A stretch of DNA of 64,000 nucleotides. It comes from Thermoleophilia bacterium (GTDB lineage Bacteria; Actinomycetota; Thermoleophilia; Gaiellales; Gaiellaceae). Positions 34,938 to 43,050 of this stretch are shown piece after piece (the stretch's first letter is position 1; the number at the start of each line of letters is the position of its first letter). The DNA lies in contig JAICPI010000004.1 in assembly GCA_025929895.1 (NCBI GenBank), forward strand, positions 5,490-69,489, written 5' to 3'. Made by a program: the position numbers and the translations under genes. The notes below the pieces were generated by a model. It worked only from the letters and a program-made list of their open reading frames with translations, did not search any database and was not told the origin of the DNA.

Positions 34938-35917
34938 AGCTGCTCCTCGAAGCTGCGGCGGAAGCTCAGGTACCAGATCGCAACCCAGCCGAGCATCGCG
35001 AACATGAGCAGCGTCGAGATCGCCGCGCCGTAGCCGAACAGGTTGTTCGTGAACGCCTGGCGCACGACGAGCGTCATCAGGAGGTCCGCGTACGGCCCCG
35101 GGTTCGTCCCGAGCATCACGTACGGGATCGCGAACTGGTAGACGCTGTAGATGACCCCGAAGAGGAGCTGGATCGCGATCAGCGGCTTCAGGAGCGGCAG
35201 GGTCACGTAGCGGAAGCGCTGCCACGCGTTCGCGCCGTCGATCGACGCGGCCTCGTAGAGCTCGTTCGGCACGGCCTGGAGCCCGGCGAGGAAGATCAGC
35301 ATCGTGAACGGGAGCGCGCGCCAGATCGAGGGGATCACGATCGCCCACATCGAGTGCGGTCCGAGCAGCCAGACCGGCTTGTCGTCGAGCAGGTGGAGAT
35401 GGTCGACGAGGACCGTGTTCACGATCCCCGTGTCGCTGATCCACATGAACTGCCAGAGGATCGCGACGACGAAGCTCGGGATCACCCAGGGCGCGAGCAT
35501 CAGCGTGCGGACGGTGCGCCTGAACGGGAAGTCGCGGTTGAGGAGCAGCGCGATCGCCATCCCGCCGGCGAGCGTCAGCCCGACGGTCCAGGCCGTGTAG
35601 TAGACGGTGTTCCCGACCGCGTTCGTGAAGCCGGCGTGCAGCGGGTTCAGCTCGTCGAAGAGGACGTCGCGGTAGTTGCCGAGCCCCACCCACGGCGCCC
35701 GAAAGAGCTCCGCGAACGTGAACGTGTTCAGGTTCAGGAAGCTGAGGTAGAGCCCCGCGATCGTCGGGATCACGTGCACCGCGACCAGGAAGAGCACGGC
35801 GGGCGCGACGAACGTCCACGCGACGCGATTGCGGCGCCACCTGTCGGCCAGCGACAGGCGGGGCTTCGCCGCGGCGCGGCGGGGGATGTGCTCAGCGGTT
35901 GCCGTGAGGTCGTTCAT
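34934..35917 (-). CDS. ABC sugar permease (MalF-like)
   Basis: 327 aa. EAA loop YEAASIDGANAWQRFRYVTLPLL. Confidence 0.9.
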   Translation of the reverse strand: MNDLTATAEHIPRRAAAKPRLSLADRWRRNRVAWTFVAPAVLFLVAVHVIPTIAGLYLSFLNLNTFTFAELFRAPWVGLGNYRDVLFDELNPLHAGFTNAVGNTVYYTAWTVGLTLAGGMAIALLLNRDFPFRRTVRTLMLAPWVIPSFVVAILWQFMWISDTGIVNTVLVDHLHLLDDKPVWLLGPHSMWAIVIPSIWRALPFTMLIFLAGLQAVPNELYEAASIDGANAWQRFRYVTLPLLKPLIAIQLLFGVIYSVYQFAIPYVMLGTNPGPYADLLMTLVVRQAFTNNLFGYGAAISTLLMFAMLGWVAIWYLSFRRSFEEQL

Positions 35918-35933
35918 AGCTCCTCGGGGAGTC

Positions 35934-35964
35934 GGGAGCGCGGGTTGGGAGGGCCCGCGCTCCC
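35934..35964 (-). other. intercistronic stem-loop between the binding-protein and permease genes
   Basis: GGGAGCGCGGG-N9-CCCGCGCTCCC is a perfect 11-bp stem. Confidence 0.5.
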
Positions 35965-35984
35965 TGCGAGCAGTCGGATTCGCC

Positions 35985-37337
35985 CTACCCGCCCTGTGCG
36001 AGCAGTGCGTTCGCCTCCCTCGCCGCCGCGCGCAGCTCGTTCACGACGGCGCTGCGGCTGTAGCGCACACGTCCTTGCCCAGCCGCAATGTCGAGGATGT
36101 TGCCGAAGCGCGTCTTGTACGCGTTCTCCACGGGGCCCCACGTCGCGATCGGCGCGTACGTGCGCCCGTGCTTGATCGCCTCGTAGAACGCCCTGGCGTT
36201 CGCGTTCCGCTTGCCCTCCTGCGCCTGCGGCACGAGCCGTGCGGGGAACATGCCCATGATGCGGGCGTAGTTCCGCTGCACGTCGTTGCGCGACAGGTAC
36301 TGGATCAGGCGCCACGCCTCGGCCTTGTTGCGCGACGTCCGGAACAGCATCAGGTTCGAGCCGCCGACGAAGGTGTAGAACTTCCCGGTCGGCCCGACGG
36401 GCATCTGCGCGACGCCGACGTTGCGCCGGGACTCGCGGACCCAGGCCGTGTCGTCGGCGCGGTTCGCGGTGGCGAGCACCCACGGCCCGCCGATCCACGT
36501 CGCGATCTGTCCGCCCTTGAACTGCTCCTCGACCTGCGGCGCGTTCTTCTCGAGCGACGACTTCAGGAACACGCCCGCCGTGACGAGGTCGGCGAAGTAC
36601 TTCACGCCGCGGACGGAGGCCGGGCTGGCGATCCCGGACTGCCGCCGGTTCGCCGTCAGCTCGCTCCCGCCGGCGCCCCAGACGAACGGCATGATGTGGT
36701 GCACGAGGTCCCAGGCGGTCTTGCCGGGCTGGCCGAACGGCATGATCGGCCGGCCGTTCACGCTCTTCACCGTCCGCAGCTTGAGCAGCGCGCTGCGGAA
36801 CGACGCCCACGTCTTGAACGCGGTCTTCGGGTTCACGCCCGCGCGCTTGTAGACGTCCTTGCGGTAGTAGATCGTGCGGGCCTCGGTGAACCACGGCACC
36901 GACCAGACGCCGGAGCGTCCGGCCAGCTGCGTCGTCGCCCATACGCCGGGCGCGTACGCGCCGCGCCCGCCGATCGTCCCCGTGCGGCTGGCGAGGTTCT
37001 CGAACCCGCCGAGCTGGGCGAAGTACGGGACCTGTGTCGTGCCCGCCTGCGTCACGTCGGGCGCCTCGCCCGAGATCGCGGCGTTCGTGATCCGCTGGTA
37101 CTGCACGTCCCAGCCGACGAGCTGCACGTTCACGTCGATCCCGGAGGACCGCTCGAACGGCGCGAGCACGCGCTTCATGTCCGAGACTGGCTCGGGGCCG
37201 TTGTTCATGATCCACAGCGTCAGCGTCACGCCGGCGGTGCCGGACTCCGGGCGCGCCTGCGCGGCCGAGAGCACGGTCGCCGAGACGACGAGCGCGATGC
37301 TCGTCAGCGCGGCCAACCTGATCGATCTCACACGCAT
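35985..37337 (-). CDS. ABC sugar (cellobiose/beta-glucoside-type) substrate-binding protein
   Basis: 450 aa, from ATG 37337 (GAGGAG RBS). Signal peptide MRVRSIRLAALTSIALVVSATVLSAAQA. SBP_bac_1-like. Confidence 0.88.
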   Translation of the reverse strand: MRVRSIRLAALTSIALVVSATVLSAAQARPESGTAGVTLTLWIMNNGPEPVSDMKRVLAPFERSSGIDVNVQLVGWDVQYQRITNAAISGEAPDVTQAGTTQVPYFAQLGGFENLASRTGTIGGRGAYAPGVWATTQLAGRSGVWSVPWFTEARTIYYRKDVYKRAGVNPKTAFKTWASFRSALLKLRTVKSVNGRPIMPFGQPGKTAWDLVHHIMPFVWGAGGSELTANRRQSGIASPASVRGVKYFADLVTAGVFLKSSLEKNAPQVEEQFKGGQIATWIGGPWVLATANRADDTAWVRESRRNVGVAQMPVGPTGKFYTFVGGSNLMLFRTSRNKAEAWRLIQYLSRNDVQRNYARIMGMFPARLVPQAQEGKRNANARAFYEAIKHGRTYAPIATWGPVENAYKTRFGNILDIAAGQGRVRYSRSAVVNELRAAAREANALLAQGG

Positions 37338-37393
37338 CTGACTCTCCTCGTTCCGAAAGGATTTCGCGGATGGCGCGCCCGCAGGCGCGGTGA

Positions 37394-38479
37394 TCAGGCT
37401 CCCGTCACCTCCAGGTCTCGCTGCTTGCGCGCGCGCCTGCTCGAGCGCACGCGGCTCGACTCCCGGACGACGAGCTCGACCGGAAGAGACGTCGTGGGGG
37501 GCGCGGCGTCGACCTGCTCGAGCATGCGCAGAAGCGCCTCGCCCGCGGTGGCTCCGAGCCCCGTCTTGTCCTGGCGGATCGTCGTCAGCGACGGCTGCAT
37601 CATCGCTGCGAGCTGGATGTCGTCGAAGCCGACGAGGGCGACGTCGTCGGGAACCGACAGCCCGTGCTCCTCGACGGCGCGCACCGCTCCCGCCGCCATC
37701 AGGTCGCCTGCTGCGAAGACGGCCGTCGGCGGCTCGGGGAGCGCGAGCAGCGCCCGCATCCCGCGGTACCCGCTGTCGAAGTAGAAGTCGCCTTCCTGGA
37801 CGTAGTCGTCGCGGTAGGGGACGCCCAGCGCCTCGAGCTCGGCGCGGTACCCGAGCAGACGGTCGGCGCCAGGCCGCGTCGAGAGCATCCCCGTGACGAT
37901 CGCGATCCGCTCGTGCCCGCACTCGCGGAGGTGCCGGACCGCGAGCCTCGCCCCGCCCTGGTTGTCCGAGATCACGTAGCCACTCCGCCTGCCGACGACC
38001 TCCGCGTCCACCGCGACGAGCGGGATCGACGAGCGGAGGAGCTTCTGCACCTCCGGGTCGGCGGGGTCGACCCCCATCACGACCAGGCCGTCGACCCGGT
38101 GGTGGCGGGCGCGGCGGGCGAAGGAGTGCTCGCTGAAACCGTTTCCGGGATTCTCGGTCGCGAAGAGGAGGAGGTCGTACCCGCCGGCGCCCAGGCGGTG
38201 CTTGAGCCCGACGAGGACCTCCTGGAAGAACGGGTGCTGGAGATCGGGGTGGCCCTCGCCTGTCTGGAGGACGACGCCGATCACCTGAGAACGCTGCATC
38301 ACCAGTGTCCTGGCGGCCGCGGAGGGAGTGTAGTCGAGCTCGCGGGCGACCTCGAGCACGCGCGCGCGGGTCGTCGGGCTGACGTCCGCGTAGTCGTTCA
38401 GCACGCGGGAGACGGTCGCGACGGAGACGCCGCTGAGCCGGGCGAGCTCTCGGATGGTGGCGATCTGGAGCCTCCTCAC
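37394..38479 (-). CDS. LacI-family transcriptional regulator (CebR-like by context)
   Basis: 361 aa, from GTG 38479. HTH ATIRELARLSGVSVATVSRVLN plus a periplasmic-binding-fold core. The upstream 550 aa of ORF 37394..40141 were rejected. Confidence 0.88.
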   Translation of the reverse strand: MRRLQIATIRELARLSGVSVATVSRVLNDYADVSPTTRARVLEVARELDYTPSAAARTLVMQRSQVIGVVLQTGEGHPDLQHPFFQEVLVGLKHRLGAGGYDLLLFATENPGNGFSEHSFARRARHHRVDGLVVMGVDPADPEVQKLLRSSIPLVAVDAEVVGRRSGYVISDNQGGARLAVRHLRECGHERIAIVTGMLSTRPGADRLLGYRAELEALGVPYRDDYVQEGDFYFDSGYRGMRALLALPEPPTAVFAAGDLMAAGAVRAVEEHGLSVPDDVALVGFDDIQLAAMMQPSLTTIRQDKTGLGATAGEALLRMLEQVDAAPPTTSLPVELVVRESSRVRSSRRARKQRDLEVTGA

Positions 38480-38494
38480 CGGAAACGTTTCCGG
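38479..38494. promoter_or_regulatory. perfect 16-bp LacI-type palindromic operator
   Basis: CCGGAAACGTTTCCGG has a central CG and AAAC/GTTT arms, as in many LacI-family boxes. It abuts and overlaps the lacI-like GTG start. Confidence 0.55.
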
Positions 38495-38587
38495 AGTTAT
38501 TCCATGTCCGCGCGCCGAAGTCAAGAGTGGGACGAACTCCTCGTCTGGGTGATCCACCCGGCCGGGATCCGGCGCGATGGAGGGAGG

Positions 38588-39553
38588 GTGTCGAAGCCGC
38601 ACGGCCGCAGGGAGCTCGCGACCACGGTGCTCGCCGTGCTCGTCGCCGCGACGGCCGCGGCGGTTGCGCGCCCGAGCTCGACCGACCCCGTCCCCTTCCT
38701 GGCGCCGTCGCCGGCCCTCAGCATCGACCGCGATCTCCCGCCTTCCGTGCGCGACCGCTACGAGCGCGAGCAGCGCCGACGCGTCGAGCTCGCACGCAAC
38801 GCGATCGCTGCGCCGGCGACGCGGGCCGCAGGATGCGTGCGTTCCGGCACGTCCGCGCTGGGACCGCCCGCGCCGACCGTCGCCGCGCGGGTGCTCGGAC
38901 ATCACGTCGAGGTCGTCTTCGAGTTCGCTCGGCTCCCCGCGTCGCTCGCCTGCCGACCGTGGGAGGTGACGGTCGTCGTCTTCGCCGGCCGCCAGGCGAG
39001 CGCGAGCTACAAGAGTCAGGTCGCGAGCTTCCTCGTCTCGGAATCGCGAGCGCGCGTCGTCGTCGACCTCCCGTGGTTCGCCCAGCCGCCGTACAGCCTG
39101 GGCGTCACGTCCTCGACGATCCTGGGCAGAAGAGGTCGCGCGGTCGAGCGACGGCTCCGCTGCCCGGGCACGGGACACGCCGTACGGGGCTGCCTCCCGG
39201 GCTATCGCCCCGGTCTCCACAGCTTCCCGATGCCGAGGCCCGTGCTCCCGGTCCGCGGCCTCACGAGCGGAACGCTGGAAACCTCGCTCCGGTACGTGGT
39301 CGCAGCAGAGCGAAACCTGCCCGCGCTGAACGCCGTCCCCATCGCGTCCGAATGTCGATCGCTGGAGCGCTGCGACGTGACCTACGCCGATCCGTCCTTT
39401 CCCGCCGCGCAGTACCGCGTCCGTTACCGCATCGCGGGCGCACAGGTCCGTGGCTGCTGGATGGGTATTCGGGAGGCCGTACTCGGCGCGATGCCGTACG
39501 AGGACGCTGGTCGCGGGCGCTTGCAGCTTGCGGGCTGCGCGAGCTGGCGCTAG
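38588..39553 (+). CDS. hypothetical secreted/anchored Cys-rich protein
   Basis: 321 aa, from GTG 38588, directly preceded by GGAGGGAGG. N-terminal hydrophobic helix (LATTVLAVLVAATAAAVA). Eight Cys. High GC3. No family recognised. Confidence 0.5.
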   Translation: MSKPHGRRELATTVLAVLVAATAAAVARPSSTDPVPFLAPSPALSIDRDLPPSVRDRYEREQRRRVELARNAIAAPATRAAGCVRSGTSALGPPAPTVAARVLGHHVEVVFEFARLPASLACRPWEVTVVVFAGRQASASYKSQVASFLVSESRARVVVDLPWFAQPPYSLGVTSSTILGRRGRAVERRLRCPGTGHAVRGCLPGYRPGLHSFPMPRPVLPVRGLTSGTLETSLRYVVAAERNLPALNAVPIASECRSLERCDVTYADPSFPAAQYRVRYRIAGAQVRGCWMGIREAVLGAMPYEDAGRGRLQLAGCASWR

Positions 39554-39573
39554 ACCTCTCGAAGGCGAACCGA

Positions 39574-40248
39574 CTAGGACGCGGGCGGACGAAGCACGGC
39601 GAACGGGTCCGTGACCTCGAGCCGCGGCACGCGGAAGCGGAAGAGGGCGGCCGGGCGGCCGCCGCTCGGGCCGGGCTCGCGTCGATCGCCCGTCGGCTCG
39701 AGCACGCCGCGTCGCACGAGGACGCGCTGGAGGTTCGTCGCGGAGACGTCGTAGCCGAGCGCGGCGGCGTAGACCTCGCGGAGCTCGGCGACGGTGAACG
39801 AGTCCGGAGCGAGCGCGAAGCCGACGTTCGTGTACGAGAGTTTCGCGCGGACGCGCTCGCGGCCCGCGAGCGTGATCTCGCCGTGGTCGAACGCCATCCG
39901 CGGCAGCTCGTCGACGGCGTGCCACGCCGTGTCGGGCGGGACCACGGGGTCGACCGGGCCGACGAGCCCGAGGTACGCCGTGGCGAGCTGGCGCTCGCCC
40001 GGAAACCTGCGCGGGTCGCTCCGCGTCTCGAGCTGCTCGAGGTGCGCGACCTCGCGGACGTCGACCTTCGCGGCGAGGTGCCGGCGAATCGACGCCTCGA
40101 GCGGCTCGCGCTCGCCCAGGTAGCCGCCCGGGAGCGCCCACGCGCCGCTCGCCGGAGCCTTGCCGCGCCGCCAGAGCAGGACCTCGAGCCGCGAGCCCCG
40201 AACGCGGAGCACCACGCCGAGAACCACGTGCGTGGTAGACTCGGCCAC
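39574..40248 (-). CDS. NrtR-like regulator: Nudix domain with a degenerate Nudix box plus a C-terminal winged helix
   Basis: 224 aa. The Nudix box region GGYLGEREPLEASIRRHLAAKVDV lacks the REUxEE glutamates. The C-terminal FTVAELREVYAAALGYDVSATNLQRVLVRRGVLEP is wHTH-like. Confidence 0.75.
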   Translation of the reverse strand: MAESTTHVVLGVVLRVRGSRLEVLLWRRGKAPASGAWALPGGYLGEREPLEASIRRHLAAKVDVREVAHLEQLETRSDPRRFPGERQLATAYLGLVGPVDPVVPPDTAWHAVDELPRMAFDHGEITLAGRERVRAKLSYTNVGFALAPDSFTVAELREVYAAALGYDVSATNLQRVLVRRGVLEPTGDRREPGPSGGRPAALFRFRVPRLEVTDPFAVLRPPAS

Positions 40249-40251
40249 GAG

Positions 40252-40272
40252 TTTTAGACTACCAGTCGAAAA
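40252..40272. promoter_or_regulatory. 21-bp imperfect palindrome in the 29-bp divergent intergenic region
   Basis: TTTTAGACT-acc-AGTCGAAAA. The arms match 8/9. Confidence 0.45.
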
Positions 40273-40277
40273 CCTCG

Positions 40278-41303
40278 ATGACCCGCATCCTCACCGCACT
40301 CCTGGCCGCACTCGTGCTCGCGCTCGCCGCGTGCGGCGGCGACGACGGCGACGACGCCGCCGGGACGACGACCGCCGCCGAGGAGACGATCAAGGTCGGG
40401 CTCATCACCGACGCGGGCCAGCTGAACGACCGTGGCTTCAACCAGCTCGCCTACGAGGGTCTGAAGCGCGCGCAGTCCGAGCTCGGGGTCGAGGGCCGCG
40501 TGCTCGAGTCCCGCTCGGCGGCGGAGTACGTCCCGAACATGACGACGCTGGTGCGCCAGGACTACGACCTGATCATCGGCGTCGGCTTCGCGCAGGGCGA
40601 CGCGATCGCGACCGCCGCGCGGCAGTTCCCCGACACGAAGTTCGTGATCATCGACGTCGACCAGTCGACGCTGAAGGGCGCGCCGGAGAACGTCGTGGGG
40701 ATGCTGTTCCACGAGGAGCAGGTCGGCTACCTCGCGGGCTATCTCGCGGGGCTCTCCGCGAAGCGCAACGAGGGCGCGGACGTCGTGGGGTCGGTCGGCG
40801 GCTTCAAGGAGCCGCCCGTCGACCGCTTCATCGCCGGCTACCAGGCGGGCGCCGAGGCGGCGGCCCCCGGCGTCAAGACCCTGAACGGCTACTCGTCGGA
40901 CTGGGAGGACCAGGCGAAGTGCAAGGAGCTGGCGCTGAACCAGATCCAGGCCGGGGCCGAGGTCGTCTTCCAGGTCGCGGGCGCGTGCGGACTCGGCGCG
41001 CTGGATGCCGCACGTGAGCGGGGCGTGTGGGGCATCGGCGTCGACGCCGACCAGTCGTTCCTCGGCGAGCATGTGCTCACGAGCGCGCTGAAGAAGGTCG
41101 ACGAGGCGGTCTTTCGCGTGATCCAGAGCGTGCAGGACGGTACGTGGCAGGGTGGCCGCAACCTCACGCTCGGGCTCGAGGAGGACGGCGTCGGCCTCGG
41201 CACGGTCTCGGACCAGGTGCCCGAGGAGGACGTCGAGGCGCTCGAGACGGTGCGCGAGCGCATCGCCGCGGGCGAGATCGACGTCCCGCGCGAGCTCGGG
41301 TAG
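40278..41303 (+). CDS. BMP-family (PnrA/Med-like) ABC substrate-binding lipoprotein, with no cognate permease or ATPase nearby
   Basis: 341 aa. Lipobox LALAACGG. DRGFNQ, VGFAQGDA and IGVDADQS motifs are typical of the Bmp family. Confidence 0.88.
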   Translation: MTRILTALLAALVLALAACGGDDGDDAAGTTTAAEETIKVGLITDAGQLNDRGFNQLAYEGLKRAQSELGVEGRVLESRSAAEYVPNMTTLVRQDYDLIIGVGFAQGDAIATAARQFPDTKFVIIDVDQSTLKGAPENVVGMLFHEEQVGYLAGYLAGLSAKRNEGADVVGSVGGFKEPPVDRFIAGYQAGAEAAAPGVKTLNGYSSDWEDQAKCKELALNQIQAGAEVVFQVAGACGLGALDAARERGVWGIGVDADQSFLGEHVLTSALKKVDEAVFRVIQSVQDGTWQGGRNLTLGLEEDGVGLGTVSDQVPEEDVEALETVRERIAAGEIDVPRELG

Positions 41304-41313
41304 CTCGCTACCC
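41298..41313. terminator. short hairpin containing both convergent stop codons (BMP gene / MoaD-like gene)
   Basis: GGGTAGC-tc-GCTACCC, with 7-bp arms. TAG at 41301-03 and CTA at 41308-10 lie inside. Confidence 0.4.
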
Positions 41314-41565
41314 GCCGGCGATCGCGGTCACGACGAGGACCTGCGAGTCGTCGCGGAGGGCAGTCTCGAGGCCCACGCCCGCGCGGACGTCGTCGCCGTC
41401 GACGAACACGTTCACGAGCCGCCGCAGCTCACCGTGCTCGTCGAGGCAGAGGTCGCGCACCGGCAGCGCGCGCAGCGCGTCGCCGAGCGTCGCGGCCTCG
41501 AGGTCGAACTCGCGCTGCCCGCCCGCCTCGCGCGCGAGCAGCGACGGCAGGCGGACTACGGCCAC
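41308..41565 (-). CDS. MoaD/ThiS-family ubiquitin-like small protein ending in Gly-Gly
   Basis: 85 aa, from GTG 41565: VAVVRLPSLLAREAGGQREFDLEAATLGDALRAL...RRLVNVFVDGDDVR...VLVVTAIAGG. The start overlaps the upstream gene by 10 nt. Confidence 0.78.
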   Translation of the reverse strand: MAVVRLPSLLAREAGGQREFDLEAATLGDALRALPVRDLCLDEHGELRRLVNVFVDGDDVRAGVGLETALRDDSQVLVVTAIAGG

Positions 41566-42626
41566 TCCGCGGTCTCGACGGAGAGGACCGGCGGGAGCCA
41601 GCGCGCCGCCTCGTGCCACGACTCGCCCGCGTCGGGCGAGACGAGCACCGAGCCGGTCTGCGTGCCGAAGTAGAGCCCGTTCGGCTCGCGGCCGTCCCAC
41701 GCGGAGGCCTCGCGCAGCACGCCCGTCCAGGCGGGGTTCGGCAGGCCGTTCGTGAGGAGCTCCCACGACGCGCCGCCATTGCGGGTCCGGTACACGCCGA
41801 GGCGCCCGTCGCTCGCGACGCGGTTCATCGCGCTCTCCTCGGGGATCACGTACGCCGCGTCGGGGTCGCGCGGGTCGAGCATCAGCGCGAACCCGAAATC
41901 GCTCGGCAGCCCGTTGCCGTCGAGGCGCTCCCAGCTCGTGCCGCGGTCCTCCGACCGGTAGACGCCGCAGTGGTTCTGCTGCCAGAGCCGGTCGCGCTGC
42001 GCCGGGTGGACGAGCACCTTGTGCACGCACTGGCCCACCTCGGGCTGGTTGTCGGGCAGGAAGTCGGCCGACGTGCCCTTGTTCGCCGGCTCCCACGACG
42101 CGCCGGCGTCGTCGCTGCGGAACACGCCCGCCGCCGAGATCCCGATCACGAGCCCCTTGCCGTCGGGGTCGACGTTGATCGAGTGCAGGCACATCCCGCC
42201 GGCGCCCGGTGCCCAGCGGTCGCGCGTCTCGTGGTGCAGCAACGCCTCGTTCACCTGCCACGTCTCGCCGCGGTCGTCGGAGCGGAAGAGCACGCCGGGG
42301 TCGCCGCCGAGCCAGAGCTCGCCGTTCGCGCCCGGCTCGACGTGCCACGTGGCGTTCAGCGACAGCTCGCCGTCCTCCGGCAGGCCGAGCGTCTCGCAGC
42401 GGAACCACGTCTTGCCGAGGTCGTCCGAGCGGTGCACCGTGCCGCCGCCGAAGAAGTTCGTCGCGGCGTAGAGCGCGCCGTCCCGCGGGTCGCGGATCGC
42501 GTGGTAGACCGCGAACCCTTCCAGCAGGGGTCCCTCGACCTGCCAGTCGCGCCTCGCGTCGTCGCCCTTCAGCAGGAAGAGGCCCTTGCGCGTCCCCACG
42601 AGCACCGTCACGGCCACGTCGCGCAC
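41556..42626 (-). CDS. Asp-box (BNR) repeat beta-propeller protein
   Basis: ~356 aa. Six S-x-D-x-G-x-x-W-type boxes: RSDDLGKTW, RSDDRGETW, RSDDAGASW, RSEDRGTSW, RTRNGGASW, SPDAGESW. Start uncertain (GTG 42626 or 42617). ATG 42665 would overlap the divergent PPOX gene. Confidence 0.75.
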   Translation of the reverse strand: MRDVAVTVLVGTRKGLFLLKGDDARRDWQVEGPLLEGFAVYHAIRDPRDGALYAATNFFGGGTVHRSDDLGKTWFRCETLGLPEDGELSLNATWHVEPGANGELWLGGDPGVLFRSDDRGETWQVNEALLHHETRDRWAPGAGGMCLHSINVDPDGKGLVIGISAAGVFRSDDAGASWEPANKGTSADFLPDNQPEVGQCVHKVLVHPAQRDRLWQQNHCGVYRSEDRGTSWERLDGNGLPSDFGFALMLDPRDPDAAYVIPEESAMNRVASDGRLGVYRTRNGGASWELLTNGLPNPAWTGVLREASAWDGREPNGLYFGTQTGSVLVSPDAGESWHEAARWLPPVLSVETAEWP

Positions 42627-42654
42627 CCTACCGCGAGCGCTACGCTCGGTCGAG

Positions 42655-43050
42655 ATGGCGCGCATCCAAGACGAGCACGCCCGCCTCTTCCTCGAGCCGA
42701 ACTACGCCGTCGTCGCGACGCTCCGGCCGGACGGCTCGCCCCAGCAGACCGCGGTCTGGATCGACTGGGACGGCGAGCACGTCGTGTTCAACATCACCGA
42801 GACGCGCAGGAAGTTCGACTTCCTGCGGGAGGATCCGCGCGCGAGCGTCCTCGTCTTCGACGGCGACGAGCGCTACCGCTGGATCTCGGTCAGCGGCCGG
42901 GTCGTCGAGCTGACGACCGAGGGGGCCGAGGAGCACATCCACCGGCTCTCGCACAAGTACCGCGGGCGCGACTACACGTTGCGGCCCGGCGAGCAGCGCG
43001 TGATCGCGCGGCTCGCGCCCGAGCGCACGACCGCGTACGGGTTCGAGTGA
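42655..43050 (+). CDS. pyridoxamine 5'-phosphate oxidase-fold (PPOX / F420-dependent class) protein
   Basis: 131 aa, from ATG 42655: MARIQDEHARLFLEPNYAVVATLRPDGSPQQTAVWIDWDGEHVVFNI... is a typical split-barrel N-terminus. Confidence 0.75.
   Translation: MARIQDEHARLFLEPNYAVVATLRPDGSPQQTAVWIDWDGEHVVFNITETRRKFDFLREDPRASVLVFDGDERYRWISVSGRVVELTTEGAEEHIHRLSHKYRGRDYTLRPGEQRVIARLAPERTTAYGFE

Noticed and set aside
37352-37370. A second LacI operator upstream of the binding-protein gene, as a firm feature.
   Set aside because: TCCGAAAGGATTTCGCGGA is only an imperfect palindrome and differs from the perfect CCGGAAACGTTTCCGG box. It is mentioned in the operator finding but not annotated.
37394-40141. 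A 915-aa ORF extending the LacI-like regulator, and 37664..39553 (+, 629 aa) extending the Cys-rich protein.
   Set aside because: The upstream parts are antisense junk. The HTH of the regulator begins right after GTG 38479. For the + strand gene, GTG 38588 has a strong GGAGGGAGG RBS, whereas ATG 38504 has none.
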